This document shows positions 38,701-51,795 of a stretch of DNA of 64,000 nt, one piece after another. The stretch's first letter is position 1, and each line of letters begins with the position of its first letter. Source of the stretch: Chiloscyllium plagiosum (lineage: Eukaryota); assembly GCF_004010195.1 (NCBI RefSeq), contig NC_057726.1, positions 22,694,600 to 22,758,599 of the forward strand, written 5' to 3'. The notes below the pieces were generated by a model. It was not told where the DNA came from. It searched no databases and saw only the letters and a program-made list of their open reading frames with translations. The translations under genes were made by a program, and so were the position numbers.

Positions 38701-38894
38701 TATAATTCTCTGCAGCCATTTCCATAAAACTGAAGAGATTTTTCATACACTACTTCAATTTGAAATTCCAAGCATGCTCATGTCCAAAGACATCCATTAA
38801 AATAAATATTTGAAATGAACTCAATAGGGTAAAAACTGAGACTTTATGTCATTGCTAACCTGTGTTGATTTTTGTATTGATGGAGTAGTGGATA

Positions 38895-39170
38895 ACAATG
38901 CAAAATTTTTGGATGAGATGTTAAACCAAGTTTCAGTCTGCTGACTTGGATGGGCTTAAAGATTCCACTATACTACCCATTGGAGAGACGTCCTCTGGTA
39001 TTGTTAGCCGACACTTACCTGTCAATCAATGCCACAAAACAAAATATAATTTTTGTTCATCTAGGTCATTGCTGTTCGTGAAAACTTGCTATGTTCTTAT
39101 TGGCTCTATGCTTACCTCAAACAAAAATTAACGATGGAACAATGAAGCCATGCAGCGGTAAGTACTGTAT
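38895..39170 (+). mobile_element. Deu-domain SINE remnant
   Basis: ggatgagatgttaaaccaag...aaagattccac...tcaatcaatgccacaaaac resembles the recalled Deu core. Confidence 0.55.
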
Positions 39171-39249
39171 ATGGGAAGTCTATTGTCTTCATTTACCATT
39201 CACTTGGCCTGGATTCATGAGTACAGATTAAACGAAACCAACTACACAA

Positions 39250-40755
39250 GTGAAAGATATTCACTTACTGTTTATTTGCCTGAAATTATTTCACATCTCT
39301 TTGTACAACAGCTACAGAACAGTAGTAAACCATCTGATAAAAGCAACAGTGCTGATGATAAACAACGGCTGCATTTTTTTTCAATTTTATTTTCCACGTC
39401 TGCATCATCATGCAGTTTGAGACTCGATGCAGAACTCTGGCACACTAATCTGATTAAGACTTAACCAGTTCAAAACAAAAGGGAAAGTGAAAAAAAACCT
39501 ACAAGGTATAAAACAAAGAAGCCTGGCCTCCATTCCTGGATAAGTTGCATACAAAACAAAATGAAAAGTACATGTTACAATTTTTTTTTTTGTTTTTTTT
39601 CTGAGATGCTGTAAATTTTGCAATGCAGCAACCATGCTAAAAATGACAAAGATAACTTTGCTCTATACAACAAAGGCTCATATGAAATAAAGGCAACAGA
39701 ACAGAAAATAATCAAGGTGTTCCATTACCTTATGGAACACTCATAGTGGTTGCTATCACAAAGTAAGTCAAGCTACAGGGTTTGACAAGAGGATTGCTAC
39801 TAGGACCATGCAAATCACACATGCATGTTGGAACTATGCACAAATTCGGTAAAGAGGGAGGAAAGCAAATTTAAATTAGGCAAAACATTTAAGAAAAAAA
39901 CAAAGATATAAAGTGATGTTTCTTTTAAAACGTTTGGACTCAGTTAACTTTGGTGGAACCTCACCACGACTTCAGAAAAAGATTGGCAATTTGGTCTTTG
40001 TAAATAAAAGTTCGCCTCTTAATTTCTTTCAAAGTTTCAGTCTCTTGGTCAGAGGTGAAGCAGAAAACCCAGCTGTTTTGTTGTTTTCTGTATCTTGTAA
40101 AAGTCGCAGTGATCCAACAGGACAGACAAAAGAAGTTCATAAAGGCAACATAAAATCACTTAAAGGAGAGCTTCCAGGCTACTAGACAGCTAAAATAACT
40201 AGTTTATACAGTACTATATGCAAAAACAGGTAAAAGAATTACAATCCATAAATAAGAATCAGGTCCCAGACCTGCTATGTGAACAATTTTTAAATATGTG
40301 TGTGATGTAAAACTTATGTACAAAAAACAAAATCACTTTGCATGTCACTGCAAGGATTTGGGATGGCAAAGGTAATGTATCCATCGAATAATTGATATCT
40401 TCAGCCAGAGAACTTCCAAATCAGTTTGACATTGGTCCGTTCAAGTAGATGAAGTGAACAAGAGAAAAAGATATCTTTTTACACACAGCATGAACACAAA
40501 GGCAATTAATGAGCAGGGAGTTTCCTTTTGTAGCTGGATTGTTGCTACACATTTTTTTTTCATCTTCAGAAATCAAAAAGCATTAAGAATGAAGCAGGGT
40601 CCATAATGAGCCCAGCAGTGTACAGGCCTCTGGTGAAAGAATCCGAGCTGGCGATCTCCGCAATCCCTGGCCCAAGGTAAAAATGCTGGAAAAAAGTTTC
40701 TTTTTCTGATTCTTCTACAAAAGAATGATTTATCACTGACCATCAAACAAGGAAT
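39250..40755 (-). other. CMIP: Probable CMIP 3' UTR
   Basis: Follows the stop codon; no recognisable transposon; U-rich on the minus strand; ends near AATAAA signals. Confidence 0.6.
39271..39276 (-). terminator. Candidate polyadenylation signal AATAAA for CMIP (second candidate at 39386-39391)
   Basis: tttatt on the plus strand; ~20-40 nt downstream on the minus strand is a GU-rich tract (cttgtgtagttggtttcgttt). Confidence 0.55.
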
Positions 40756-40809
40756 TCACCAGGCTTCCGTGTAACGGACATCCACTTCTTTGAGGTTTGG
40801 CAGCTTTGC
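40756..40809 (-). CDS. CMIP: CMIP terminal coding exon (AKLPNLKEVDVRYTEAW-stop), not in the ORF track
   Basis: acceptor aaatag|GCA; TGG TGA at 40761-40756; RYTEAW* is the CMIP C-terminus as I recall it. Confidence 0.95.
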   Translation of the reverse strand, partial: AKLPNLKEVDVRYTEAW

Positions 40810-41039
40810 CTATTTGATTTTGAAATAAAAAAACAGTTAGTGTTTGATTTCATGTTATGGAATACATCTCTCCAACTAGAAACAGGTTTCTATATATATA
40901 ATAGGGACTTGGTCATCACTAACTTGTGTTACTATGGTATATTTCACAGAAACATATGTCCCAAAGTGGCATGGATAACTTAGCAGTAGATATTGGAATT
41001 GAAATACTAAATGAGAGGAACTGAAACTGAATGGACTAA

Positions 41040-41510
41040 ACACAGATACTGCGACTGGAAAAACAGGTCAGAAGCTGGGAACCTTGCAGTGAGTAACTCA
41101 CTTTCTGACTCCCCAAAGCCTGTCCACCATCTACAAAGCACAAGTCAGAAGTGTGATGGAATAGCTAGATGGCACAGCTCCAACAACACCCAAGAAGCTT
41201 GATACCATCCAGGACAAAGCAGTCCATTTACTTGGCACTACCTGCACAGACATTCACCCCTTCCACTACTGATGCTCAGGAGCAGCAGCCAAGATGCACT
41301 GAAGAAATTCACCAAGGTCTTTTTGGAACAATCCAATGATCAATACACCAATCTGACTTGGAAATATATTGTTGTTCCTTCAGTGATGCTGGGTCAAAAT
41401 CCTGGTACTCCCTCTTTAATGATATTGTCAATCTATCTACTTTAAATGGACTGCAGGAAATCAAGAAGGCAGATCACCACCACCCCCTTAAAGATAGTCA
41501 AAAAAAACTG
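41040..41510 (+). mobile_element. LINE 3' fragment (L2/CR1 superclade, family unassigned) in the last CMIP intron
   Basis: accatctacaaagcacaagtcag..gtgatggaata..cttgataccatccaggacaaagcag RT C-terminal-like sequence and characteristic tail. Confidence 0.6.
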
Positions 41511-41899
41511 GCCATTTTTTGTTTAAATTGTTGTTTTTACAAATCTTAATGCAAATATTCTGTTTGGTACTCCGGCCTGGTGTTATGGAACACAGGGACA
41601 GGAGGTGGCCATTCAGCCATTTGAACCATTCATGATTGATCTGTATCTAAACACTGTCTACTACCTTGATTCATTAACTCTCAACACCCTTGCCTAACAA
41701 AAATCCATCAGTTTCAGTTGAGATTTATGAGTGTGTCCAAACAGGAGTTCAATGCGATAAGGTGAAAGACAATATCATCCATTTCTTAAAAAAAAATCTA
41801 TAATTTGGAGACCACATGACTCAGTTGAATAATTTGGCCATTCAAGATCATATACTCCATCCTGATCACTGTGATGAGGTTTGTGATACTTTAAATGAC

Positions 41900-42440
41900 T
41901 TATAGAGTCACAGAGTCATGGCACAGAAACAGATCCTTTTGTTCAACTCGTCTATTAAAACCAGACATCCTAAACTGATCTAGTCCCATTTGCTCGCATT
42001 TGGTCCACATCTCTCTAACCCTTCCTATTCATGTACCCAACTAGATGCCTTTTAAATGTTATAACTATAGCCTCCTCCACCAATTCCTCTGGCAGCTCAT
42101 TCCATATACACATTACGCTCTGTGTGAAAACATTGCCCCTTAGGTGCCTTTTAAATCTTTCCCTTATCACCTTAAACCTATGCCCTCTTCCCCAGGAAAA
42201 AGACCTTGACTATTCACTTTATCCATCCCTGTCATGACTTTATAAACTTCTAGAAGGTCACCCCTCAGCCTCTGGCGCTCTGGGGAAAATAGCCCCAGCC
42301 TATTCAGTCTCTCCCGAGATCTAAACCCTCCAATCCTGGCAACATTCTCATAAATCTTTTCTGAACTCTTAAGTTTAACAACATCTTTCCTAAAGCAGGC
42401 CAACCAGAATTGAACACAGTATTCTAAAAGTGGCCTACCA
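41900..42440 (-). mobile_element. CR1/HER1 3' fragment
   Basis: ORF ERLNRLGLFSPERQRLRGDLLEVYK; 3' tail. Confidence 0.85.
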
Positions 42441-42712
42441 CAGAATAAATTAAAGAGCCTGAATGTGCAAAGGTAAGTCTAATTAGCAGCATGATTCTTT
42501 AACATGGCCTTTAACAGCAAATTATGGCCCATTGATTTCACATTTCCCATCTTTGGACAATAAACTCAATTCCCTCCCTGACACTCATTGAGAATTATCT
42601 ACCAGTGCGGGGAAAGGTGCCAATTATAATCCTATATATTCTGTTTCCCAGTTGCTAAGTTCGTAATAATCATAAAACAAATTGAAGGTGCTGTTTTGAA
42701 CAGGACATTTAC

Positions 42713-42783
42713 CTTCAGATCTTCATATGTATCAGCTGACAGTTTGGTGCTGTTCATATTCAAGCTGCACAGACTTCTCATGG
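42713..42783 (-). CDS. CMIP: CMIP coding exon (S-MRSLCSLNMNSTKLSADTYEDLK)
   Basis: 71 nt; first 2 nt complete the TCC codon with the previous exon; acceptor ttttag|CC, donor AAG|gtaaat. Confidence 0.95.
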
Positions 42784-43307
42784 CTAAAAGATAAAATATA
42801 CATATTTTCATCAGAATTCTCAACAACAAATCACAAATTTTAAGCTGCAGGCCCGTAGATTGAATTATTGACGTCAATGTGTTTTCAAGAAGCTTTCCGA
42901 TCGTGAAACCTCTTCCCAAACAAACAATGCTAGAGTTTTTGAAGCCTTTTCCACCGTCACCAATTTAGTTTTACACCAAGGATCGTCTTTCCTCTTTCTC
43001 TCAGGCATTATTACATCAGAGCAAAGGAGCTCCAATTTGCTTTGTCTTCACCAAGTTACACCTCCACAGAGGAGCAAGATTGGTCTCTGACCCTTAGTCA
43101 AAGCTGCTTTGAAAACAGACTCTGAGGAGTCTGAGAGAGTACCTATGAGTAAGTCAATCTCGTGTGGGGAATGCATGGATGGGGTGGGGTAGGGAAGGCA
43201 ATGCCAGCTCAGAATGGCTTCTCCACATGTCTTCCACCAGGAACTCTCCCACGGGCAAATGAGGTGGCTCTGTCTGCTCCACGGAAGTGAGGAACTACTG
43301 GAGATAG

Positions 43308-43407
43308 GAGCTGAAAATGTGTTGCTGGAAAAGCGCAGCAGGTCAGGCAGCATCCAAGGAGCACGAGAATCGACATTTTGGGCATGAGCCCTTCTTCAGG
43401 AAACTCC
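43308..43407 (-). mobile_element. Single-arm PLE pLTR insertion (35293 family) in a CMIP intron
   Basis: TSD aactactggagatag at 43293-43307/43408-43422; hammerhead GAAA decayed to AAAA. Confidence 0.85.
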
Positions 43408-44436
43408 AACTACTGGAGATAGTTAAGGTTTTGATCAGGAGAGGTTTGAGGGGAAAGGTGTGTGGGGGGAGGGGTGCTGCCAAAATGATCCATTAGCAGG
43501 GTTTTCTGTCTGTTCCGAAGGACCTAATGGCTTTGTCATGTTGAATAGAAAGACATGCCTTCGGGACTCTGTGTACACAGAGCTTTCCAAAACTGCCTGG
43601 TCACTGACTGGACTATCGGCATCTCGCCTGAGGATACTAAATAGGTGACTGCCTCCAGGAAAGCTGTGTCAGAGGGACACAGCGACAGCAAATATAGGCT
43701 CGAGATCCAGCATTTGACCCTGAATCTGACCTTCTCAAGTCTGCAGAGGCCATAGTAAAATCCGCCTGTATGCTTCGGTAGTTGAGAGGTCAGGCAGTAA
43801 AAACCAAGCTTTCCAACAGTGTGGTGCTGGATATGATCCAAAGCAGTGTGAATGAAGAAAGCCGAAAACCAACTATGGCATATTGTCTACAATTATAACA
43901 GAGAGAAAGTCCTTGCTCCTCTCAAACCTTTTTCTTTGAAAGTAAAACATAAATAGGTTTGCCTGTGCAAAATGGATGAAAATAGGGTTAACTTGTCAAA
44001 ATGAAAGAACAGGGATTGTTAGAGAAAAGGACTGAAATCAATTTTGTTCAGCTTTTAGCATCCTGGTGTTTAATGCAACGATAATGGTATTGTCAATGGA
44101 TCATGGCATCAATTGCTAACAATTTATAAGTGAGACAGATATGACATAAGGAAAATCCCAATGATGGGAGAACTTTTAAGAGTTACAGATTGGAAGTCAA
44201 CCTGGTTCTCCCAATCATGCTACCCTTGTTTCATATGGTAAATATTTAATAAGCACAATGTAATCAAGGAGCCTGCAGCTACCAAGCAAAGTGATATTGT
44301 GATGTTCTGCAATGGTTTTGTTATAGGTAATCAGACCCCACAGTATTGAACTGTCTGTTCAAATAGACCGTTGGGATGTTTTCTGCACCACTTGCAAGTG
44401 ATCACTGCTCAATTTCTTAATAAACATAATTTGCTA

Positions 44437-44811
<375 letters not shown>

Positions 44812-45864
44812 TCACTTAACTTCTTCAGAATTTCCATTAACATAGATTTCTTCCTCTTCACAGTTATTTGAGTCTACAGCCATTTTAAAATTTACTTTGT
44901 TGCAGTGATATTAAACTTTTTCTCCAACACACTTCAAAAATAGGTCTGAGTTGTGACATGTCTCTGCCAGGCAGAACATATTATGTGTGTGAAACACAAT
45001 ATGTCTAACAATTTACATCGTATAACTTTTCCCCCATAAAAATATTTGTCTCCGACTGATTGAGAGGCAGATTGTTATGTTTTCACAGTGAGTAAGAGAA
45101 TGTGGCTTGCTATAGATCTTGCATTTTGGATGTTTCACCTTAATAACGCATGGGTTTAGTATTCCTTGGAGTCCCGGTTAGTGATTGGTATGCTTATGTT
45201 CAATTTAAAAACTTAGTGGCAGCTGGCACCTGAACACTGTCTAGTACTGGACAATTTAATTGTGTTGGAGCTTTGGCGAGCACAATTTTAAAAATTATGG
45301 AGTGAGAATTGTCACAGGCTGTGAGCACATATTGCAAAACTGTTCATCCCTTTCCCATAATCTTCCACCCAGTGATTTTTAATGAACAGAAAACTACAGA
45401 ATGCAAAGTTCTGCAATAAGCGTTCCCAGCATATGCCAAAAGTGCAGATGCGCAGTATTTAATGTTAAATGAACAAAAGTTAATGCCCTTCTGCTTTAAA
45501 GTTAAACGCTTTGTTTGCCTGTCTGATCATTTCCACAGGCCGGAGCATGAAGGTCATCATTGCTATTTTTGAACAAGATTATTGCATTTTGTTTGGATCT
45601 TTTGTTCGTAAAAAATCTTTTAAGTGTTGGAAACCAGGGCTGTTTCTTTCACTTCAGCATTTTCATAGGATGCTTCTTTTACCTCTCCTCATCAACTGTT
45701 TATAGCATTCACTTCATCCTTATATACATGGTTGTATGGGATAAGGGTATCCATTACAAATTCATATTATGATGTAAGGCAGTGTAAACACAATTTCTTC
45801 ATTCTTCACTCCAGTGGTAGACACTGAGACTTGTACATTGCAGCCCAAAGTGTTGGAAGGTCAC

Positions 45865-46550
45865 CTAAATGAGTTTTTTGCTTCAGTGTTCACTCGAGAG
45901 AGGGACTTTGTTGACAGTGAGAACACCATAGCCTTGAACAGATTGATATTAAGAAAGTGGATGGACTGGAAATTCTGGGAAGCATCAAGATAGATAAGTC
46001 CCCAGGACCAGACCAGATATATCCAAGGTTACTCCAGGGAGGGAGGAATGAAGTTGCTGTGCCTCTGGCAATGATCTTTGCATCCTCACTCTCCACGGGA
46101 GTAGTATCAGATGATTGGAGGGAGTGAATGTTGTTCCTCTGTTCAAGAAAGGGAATAGGGAGATTCCTGGGAATTACAGAACAGCCTGTCGTAAGCAAGC
46201 TACTGAAAAGGATTCTGAGAGATAGGATTTATGACTATTTTAAAAAATTTAGTTTGATTAAAGATAGTCAGCATGGCTTTGTGAGGGGCAGGTCATGCCT
46301 CACAAGCCTCATTGAGTTTGTTGAGAATATGATGAGACAAGTTGACAGAGTTGAGCAGTGGATATGGTGTATATGGATTTCAGCAAAGCATTTGATAAGG
46401 TTGCCCACAGTAGGCTCATTCAGAAAGTTAGAAGGTATGGGATACAGGGAAATTTGGTTATCTGGATACAAAATTGGCTGGTCAACAGAAGACAGCAAGT
46501 GGTAGTGGGTGGAAAGTATTCTGACTGGAGATCAATGATTAGTGGTGTCC
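45865..46550 (+). mobile_element. CR1 ORF2 RT fragment
   Basis: KSPGPDQIYP, SQHGFVRGRSCLTSL, YMDFSKAFDKVAH. Confidence 0.88.
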
Positions 46551-46920
46551 TGTACTCTGGGGTGGAACAGGTTGACGAAACAAGTGGTAACATGGTCATG
46601 GGTATTATGAAAAAAGGCATATCAGTACAAACCCAGGAAGTTATTCAAAATTGACATAAAACAGTAGTTCAGCCCCAGCTAGAACAGTAAATGCAATTTC
46701 AGATGCAGAATGTGTTTCCCTCTCCCCCAGCTACACAACTATCAGCTTAAATGACTCTGCTGGCTTTTTTGTCTGATGGAAGAGGGTAGAAGGGAATATA
46801 ACCGGGTTCGGAGGGATCTTTGGTTGTGATCTTATCAGGGCTTCCTGCCCACTCCCCATAACCTATTACTAATCAAATATCTGTCTCTCTCTTCTTAAAT
46901 TCATTCATTGTCGCAGCATC

Positions 46921-47210
46921 GACTGCTGCCTCACAGCACCGGGGGCCTGGGGTCGATCCCAGCCTTGGAGGACTGTTTGTGGGAATTTGCACATTCTCCC
47001 TGTGTCTGTGTGGGTTTCCTTTGGGTGCTCTGGTTTCCTCCCACAGTCCAAAATGTGCAGGTCAGGTAAATTGGCCATGCTAAATTGCCCATAGTATTAG
47101 GTGCATTTGTCAGAGGGAAATGGATCTGGGTGGGTTATTCTTCAGAGGGTCGGTGTGGGCTTGTTGGGTCAAAGGGCCTGTTTCCACATTGTAGGGAATC
47201 TAATCTAATG
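46921..47210 (+). mobile_element. HE1-type SINE (5'-truncated)
   Basis: Core and tail match other copies. Confidence 0.88.
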
Positions 47211-47325
47211 CATAACCTTTCTAGCTGGGACACAACTGTGAAATAGTTGCTCCTCAACTGGGCATTCTGCGGCTGCCTCAAAGTCTGCCTCCAGCTTTAA
47301 TTAATGCTGAACATCAAAAGCAGAG

Positions 47326-47600
47326 ATGGGTGGCACAGTGGTTAGCACTGCTGCCTCACAGCGCCAGAGACCCGGGTTCAGTTCCCGCCTCAGGTGACTG
47401 ACTGTGTGGAATTTGCACATTCTCCCAGTGTCTGCGTGGGTTTCCTATGGGTGCTCCGGTTTCCTCCCACAGTCCAAAAATGTGCAGATTAGGTGAATTG
47501 GCCATGCTAAATTGCCCGTAGTGTTAGGGGTAGGGGAATGGGTCTGGGTGGGTTGCGGGTCGGTGTGGACTTGTTGGGCCTGTTTCCACACTGTAAGTAA
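47326..47600 (+). mobile_element. HE1-type SINE
   Basis: Head, core and tail match other copies. Confidence 0.9.
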
Positions 47601-47683
47601 TTAAAAAAGAAATTAAAAAAAGATGAAAAGCAAGCAATACACTTGTTATATTACCGGGTGCATCCTATGGTGAGGAACAATTA

Positions 47684-47965
<282 letters not shown>

Positions 47966-48409
47966 TTAACCTCCGCATATATTTTGTGTCATGCCTAACT
48001 AGATTTTAAAAGTTACTCTCAGTGTAAGTAATCTCGGTTTTTGCTTGGGTCTTGAGTTGAAATAAGTTACTCAGTGACTGGCTCCTGCAGATTTTCACAA
48101 AACACAGAGATAAGAGCCTTGTAAAGCAGGGCTAACCTGTGCAGCAGTTTATTCTGTGATTAAAGTCACAGACTAATGACTCTTAGTGAGTGTTTTCAGC
48201 GCCTCTATTGGTATTCAGGACAAGGAATGGCACCAAATCATAGCTGGATGAATGGTTGTGAATGAGAAATAATGTTTCAAATTATTGTCCAAGTTCATCT
48301 TTTTCTCGAAGAGTTTTCATGCAAGATTTACACAAGTGCTCTGGAAATGTGTATAAGAGAGAATGGAAGAGACTTGTACCTATCTACCATCTTTCACCAC
48401 ATCGGGACA

Positions 48410-48785
48410 CCCCAATTACAGCCAATCAAATATATTTTCTTTTCAAGTGCAGTCACCTCTGAAAGTATATGTAGCAGCCCATGTGGAAACGACAAGGTCC
48501 CACAAACAGCCACGAGACAAACATCCAGATTATTTGCTTTAGTGGTGTTGTTTAAGAGGTAACTATTGGTCAGGACACGAGGAAAATTTTCTTACTGTTT
48601 TAGGAATAGTGCTACAGGGTTTTGTGCCCACCTGCAACAGCAAGGGAACCTTGACTTTGTGTATCACTTGAAAGATCTCTGATTCCTTCGGTACGCACAA
48701 TTTAGATTATGGCTCTAATCTTTGCACTGGGGCTCATTCCTAAAACCTGACATTAGAGATAAGAGCTCTACCAAAACTGACACCT
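48410..48785 (-). mobile_element. Deu-domain SINE, old
   Basis: Similar to 3575-3960 (acagccaat..gtgcagtcac..tcccacaaacagc..ccagatta..tattggtcaggacac..aatagtgc). Confidence 0.6.
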
Positions 48786-50079
48786 CGGAATACCTCCTTT
48801 GAGGTACCTGTGCTTATAGTCAGACAGTGTTTGCAGAATCAATTCCAGCCTAATAGTGCCTGATTTATACTTAAATCAAACTCTCAGGTAGGAAGCAAGC
48901 TTTGCATTTTCTATCATCTGATTTTAATACCTGGACTGTTGTACTTTAAAAAGAAACAGGGGTAGCCCTGCAATGGCAGCAGAAATTAGCTGACCACTGA
49001 TTGAGGCGCATCCAGTACACCAATGTTGAACAAATGGAATCATCTGAACTAAAATAATTTATGTAAGGCAATGAAATCAACTATTGGAGTTACACTTTAA
49101 GTAACACGTATCTCCTGCTTTAATTTGTACTTGTCTGAGAAAGTGCACACATCAGACATGAAAGGGTTATTTATCTGCAACAATCCTGCTTGGAGAGACA
49201 ATCGAGCTAGACTCAGAAATACATCAATAAATGATATTTTGTTAGCTGCTTGGCAAAGCAGCAGATGGAAGGAAAGAAAGTGGATAGGTAATAGCAGGGG
49301 CTGGAAAACTTTAGTCCTTCCTGTTTCTTTCTTATCATCTCAAAAGCCAGCATCAGTGATACAACAGAGCAGAGAAACATCCATGCACCAAGAACAAAAA
49401 GGGTCCCATAAATTTCATTACTGCTGAGGATACAAGACAGCTAAGGTCTCAGGTTCCACCAGAACAACTCAATAAATCCAAGAACTGCTTAAACTGCATA
49501 TCCTTTTATCTTCCTATTGTACCTGCCACTTTTTCCCTTTTTAAACTTTATTTTAGTGCTTATGTGTGTGTTTGACATCATATTTTATTTTTGTTCAATG
49601 TTAATAGTTAATAGAATTCCTGTCTTTCACTCAATTGGCTTGTCTTGCAATTGGTTCCTTAAATTCAATAAGTGCTAGTTTTGAATGAAGTGTGATAATA
49701 GCTATGTGGTAAAAAGAATTAAAAACTTTGGTTATGGCTGACCAAGGATGTTGAAAAGAGGGGAGCCAATTCAACATTGTTTAACTGGTCATTCCAATAT
49801 TCATAATTTTCCAAATGTACACAACTGCACTCTTTTCTGAGAAACATTAACAATCTTATGAGCAAAATAAGTGTTCAAGTGCTCATTTTCTGCTAAACAC
49901 TGGTCTAAATGTCTCATAGGAACATACATTTTAAATAATACAATATTTCTTCCTTTTACAAAATGAGTTGAACTTTTCATTAGTACTGTCCATAGCATTA
50001 TCTGACTCAGGTTTTGCTTCATGTAAGTGACTAGAAACTCCCCCGTGCCTTTATTAACTTTAAACTTGACCACATCAAC

Positions 50080-50560
50080 ATAATCCTTACCACTTTTCCA
50101 AGTTCATTCCATCCAAACTTAACATAATGCTATCCATGTCTGAACGCACATCAAGTCCTGTTTGCTCACCTATATTGTTTTCTGGTTAAGCATTGTAATC
50201 TCCACTTTAAAATCCTACATTTTGTTTTCAAATCAACCATGAGTTGACCGCTCCCTATCTCGATAATATCTTTCAAGCCCTCAATGCTTTGAGATAGTTC
50301 ATTCTCTCTTCCTGAGCATCCCTGATTTTAATTAATCCACAATTGGTGGTGTTATCTTCAGCAGTGAAGGCTCTAATACTTTGGAACTTTATACCAAAAT
50401 CTCTCAGCCTCTCTTCCTTCCTTTAAAAGACTCCTGAATATCTGTCCTGCTACCTCTCTATTTGGGTTGGTGTGAACTTTTGTCCCAATGTTTCTATGAA
50501 GTGTCTCAGGTCATTTCTCTATGCCAAAGGTGTTTCAATAAATACAAGTTGCTGTTATTG
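50080..50560 (+). mobile_element. L2-like LINE 3' remnant
   Basis: tttaaaatcctacattttgttttcaaatc..ctccctatct..ttcagc..tggaac..tataaatacaagttgctgtt-like tail. Confidence 0.55.
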
Positions 50561-51559
50561 TAAAACTTCCTCGAAATTCTCAAATTAAGGTAGAAAATGC
50601 TGAAAACCTCATCAGGTGTGGTAGCAGAAAGAGACATAAAATTAATGTTTTGAGTTCAATATAATTATTCTTTGGAAACAAACGTGGAAATTATGAAATT
50701 ATTTGTAAGTTCATCCATTGCTTTGCCCCTCCCGATCTCAATCATCTCTTCTAACCCTAAAACCTTTTTGAAATGTTGGTGTACCTTAAAATTATGAAAA
50801 ATTGAACATATTCTCTCCAGATATTGTAAAATTGAAATGACAGGTATTTTGAGACAATCTACAAACACTTATTATTTGATATCTCTTTTGAGAAATTAGT
50901 GTGGAACAAGTTGAAAAATGATAGCTTCAATCTGGGGAATATTTGGCCCCATTGAAGTAAATGCAAACAACATCTCAGTGATACACACTGAACTCTATTG
51001 GACATGTAAATGCTCATCTGTTTAGCTGCAGCAAAATTTTAAAACTCCTTGCTAGATTTTGGGAGATGATAGATATTAAATCCTCAAACTGTAGCTCAGC
51101 TTGGATTTTGCTTTAGACAGAAGCTCTAGATTGAATGTGCTAGAGCTCTAATAGAGGATCAAAGGATGATCCTACCACATAGTCTAAAGAAGGATTTATT
51201 GCCATCCGATGACATTGTATGCTGTTTCAGTGGTTGCTATCCACATCAAAAGCTTCCAGAACTTGATCCAAAAGCATAAACTATAAATTAGTTTTACTCA
51301 GAATTCACCATATGCATGTTATTCTGACACAACTGCTCTGTCCATGCCCATAAACACATTTGCTAAGTTTTGACCCAACCAAACATAATCATTAAAAATT
51401 GTAGTAAGTAAATAAAATTACAGGGATCATCCTTCTCTCGGGATCTCTCCTATTGAATTATTAACTTCTTTAAAAATGGTTCAGTGTGGCACTGAATATT
51501 TTAACCGAGAAAATCCTAGATTTAATGTGTGGATTAAGTTTGTACTGACTTAAATCAGA

Positions 51560-51795
51560 GATGTGGAGGTGCCAATGTTGGACTTCGGTGGACAAACTTA
51601 AATATCACACAACATCAGGTTATAGTCCAACAGGTTTATTTGGAAGCACTAGCTTTCGGAGTGCTGCTCCTTCATCAAGTAGTTGTGAAGCAGGATTCAC
51701 AGCTCCCTAGCTACCTGATGAAGGAGCAGCACTCCGAAAGCTAGTGCTTCCAAATAAACCTGTTGGACTATAACCTGATGTTGTGTGATGTTTTA
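51560..51795. mobile_element. Fold-back PLE-derived element with hammerhead motif in a CMIP intron
   Basis: 79-nt arms 51604-51682/51711-51789 (1 mismatch); TSD acttaaatcaga at 51548-51559/51796-51807; CUGAUGA-a-GGAG cagca CUCC-GAAA-GC-UA at 51715-51743. Confidence 0.9.

Noticed and set aside
1-39200. Exons of the neighbouring gene (PLCG2 follows CMIP in human)
   Set aside because: No recognisable coding exon or CpG island found; a non-coding exon cannot be excluded by eye
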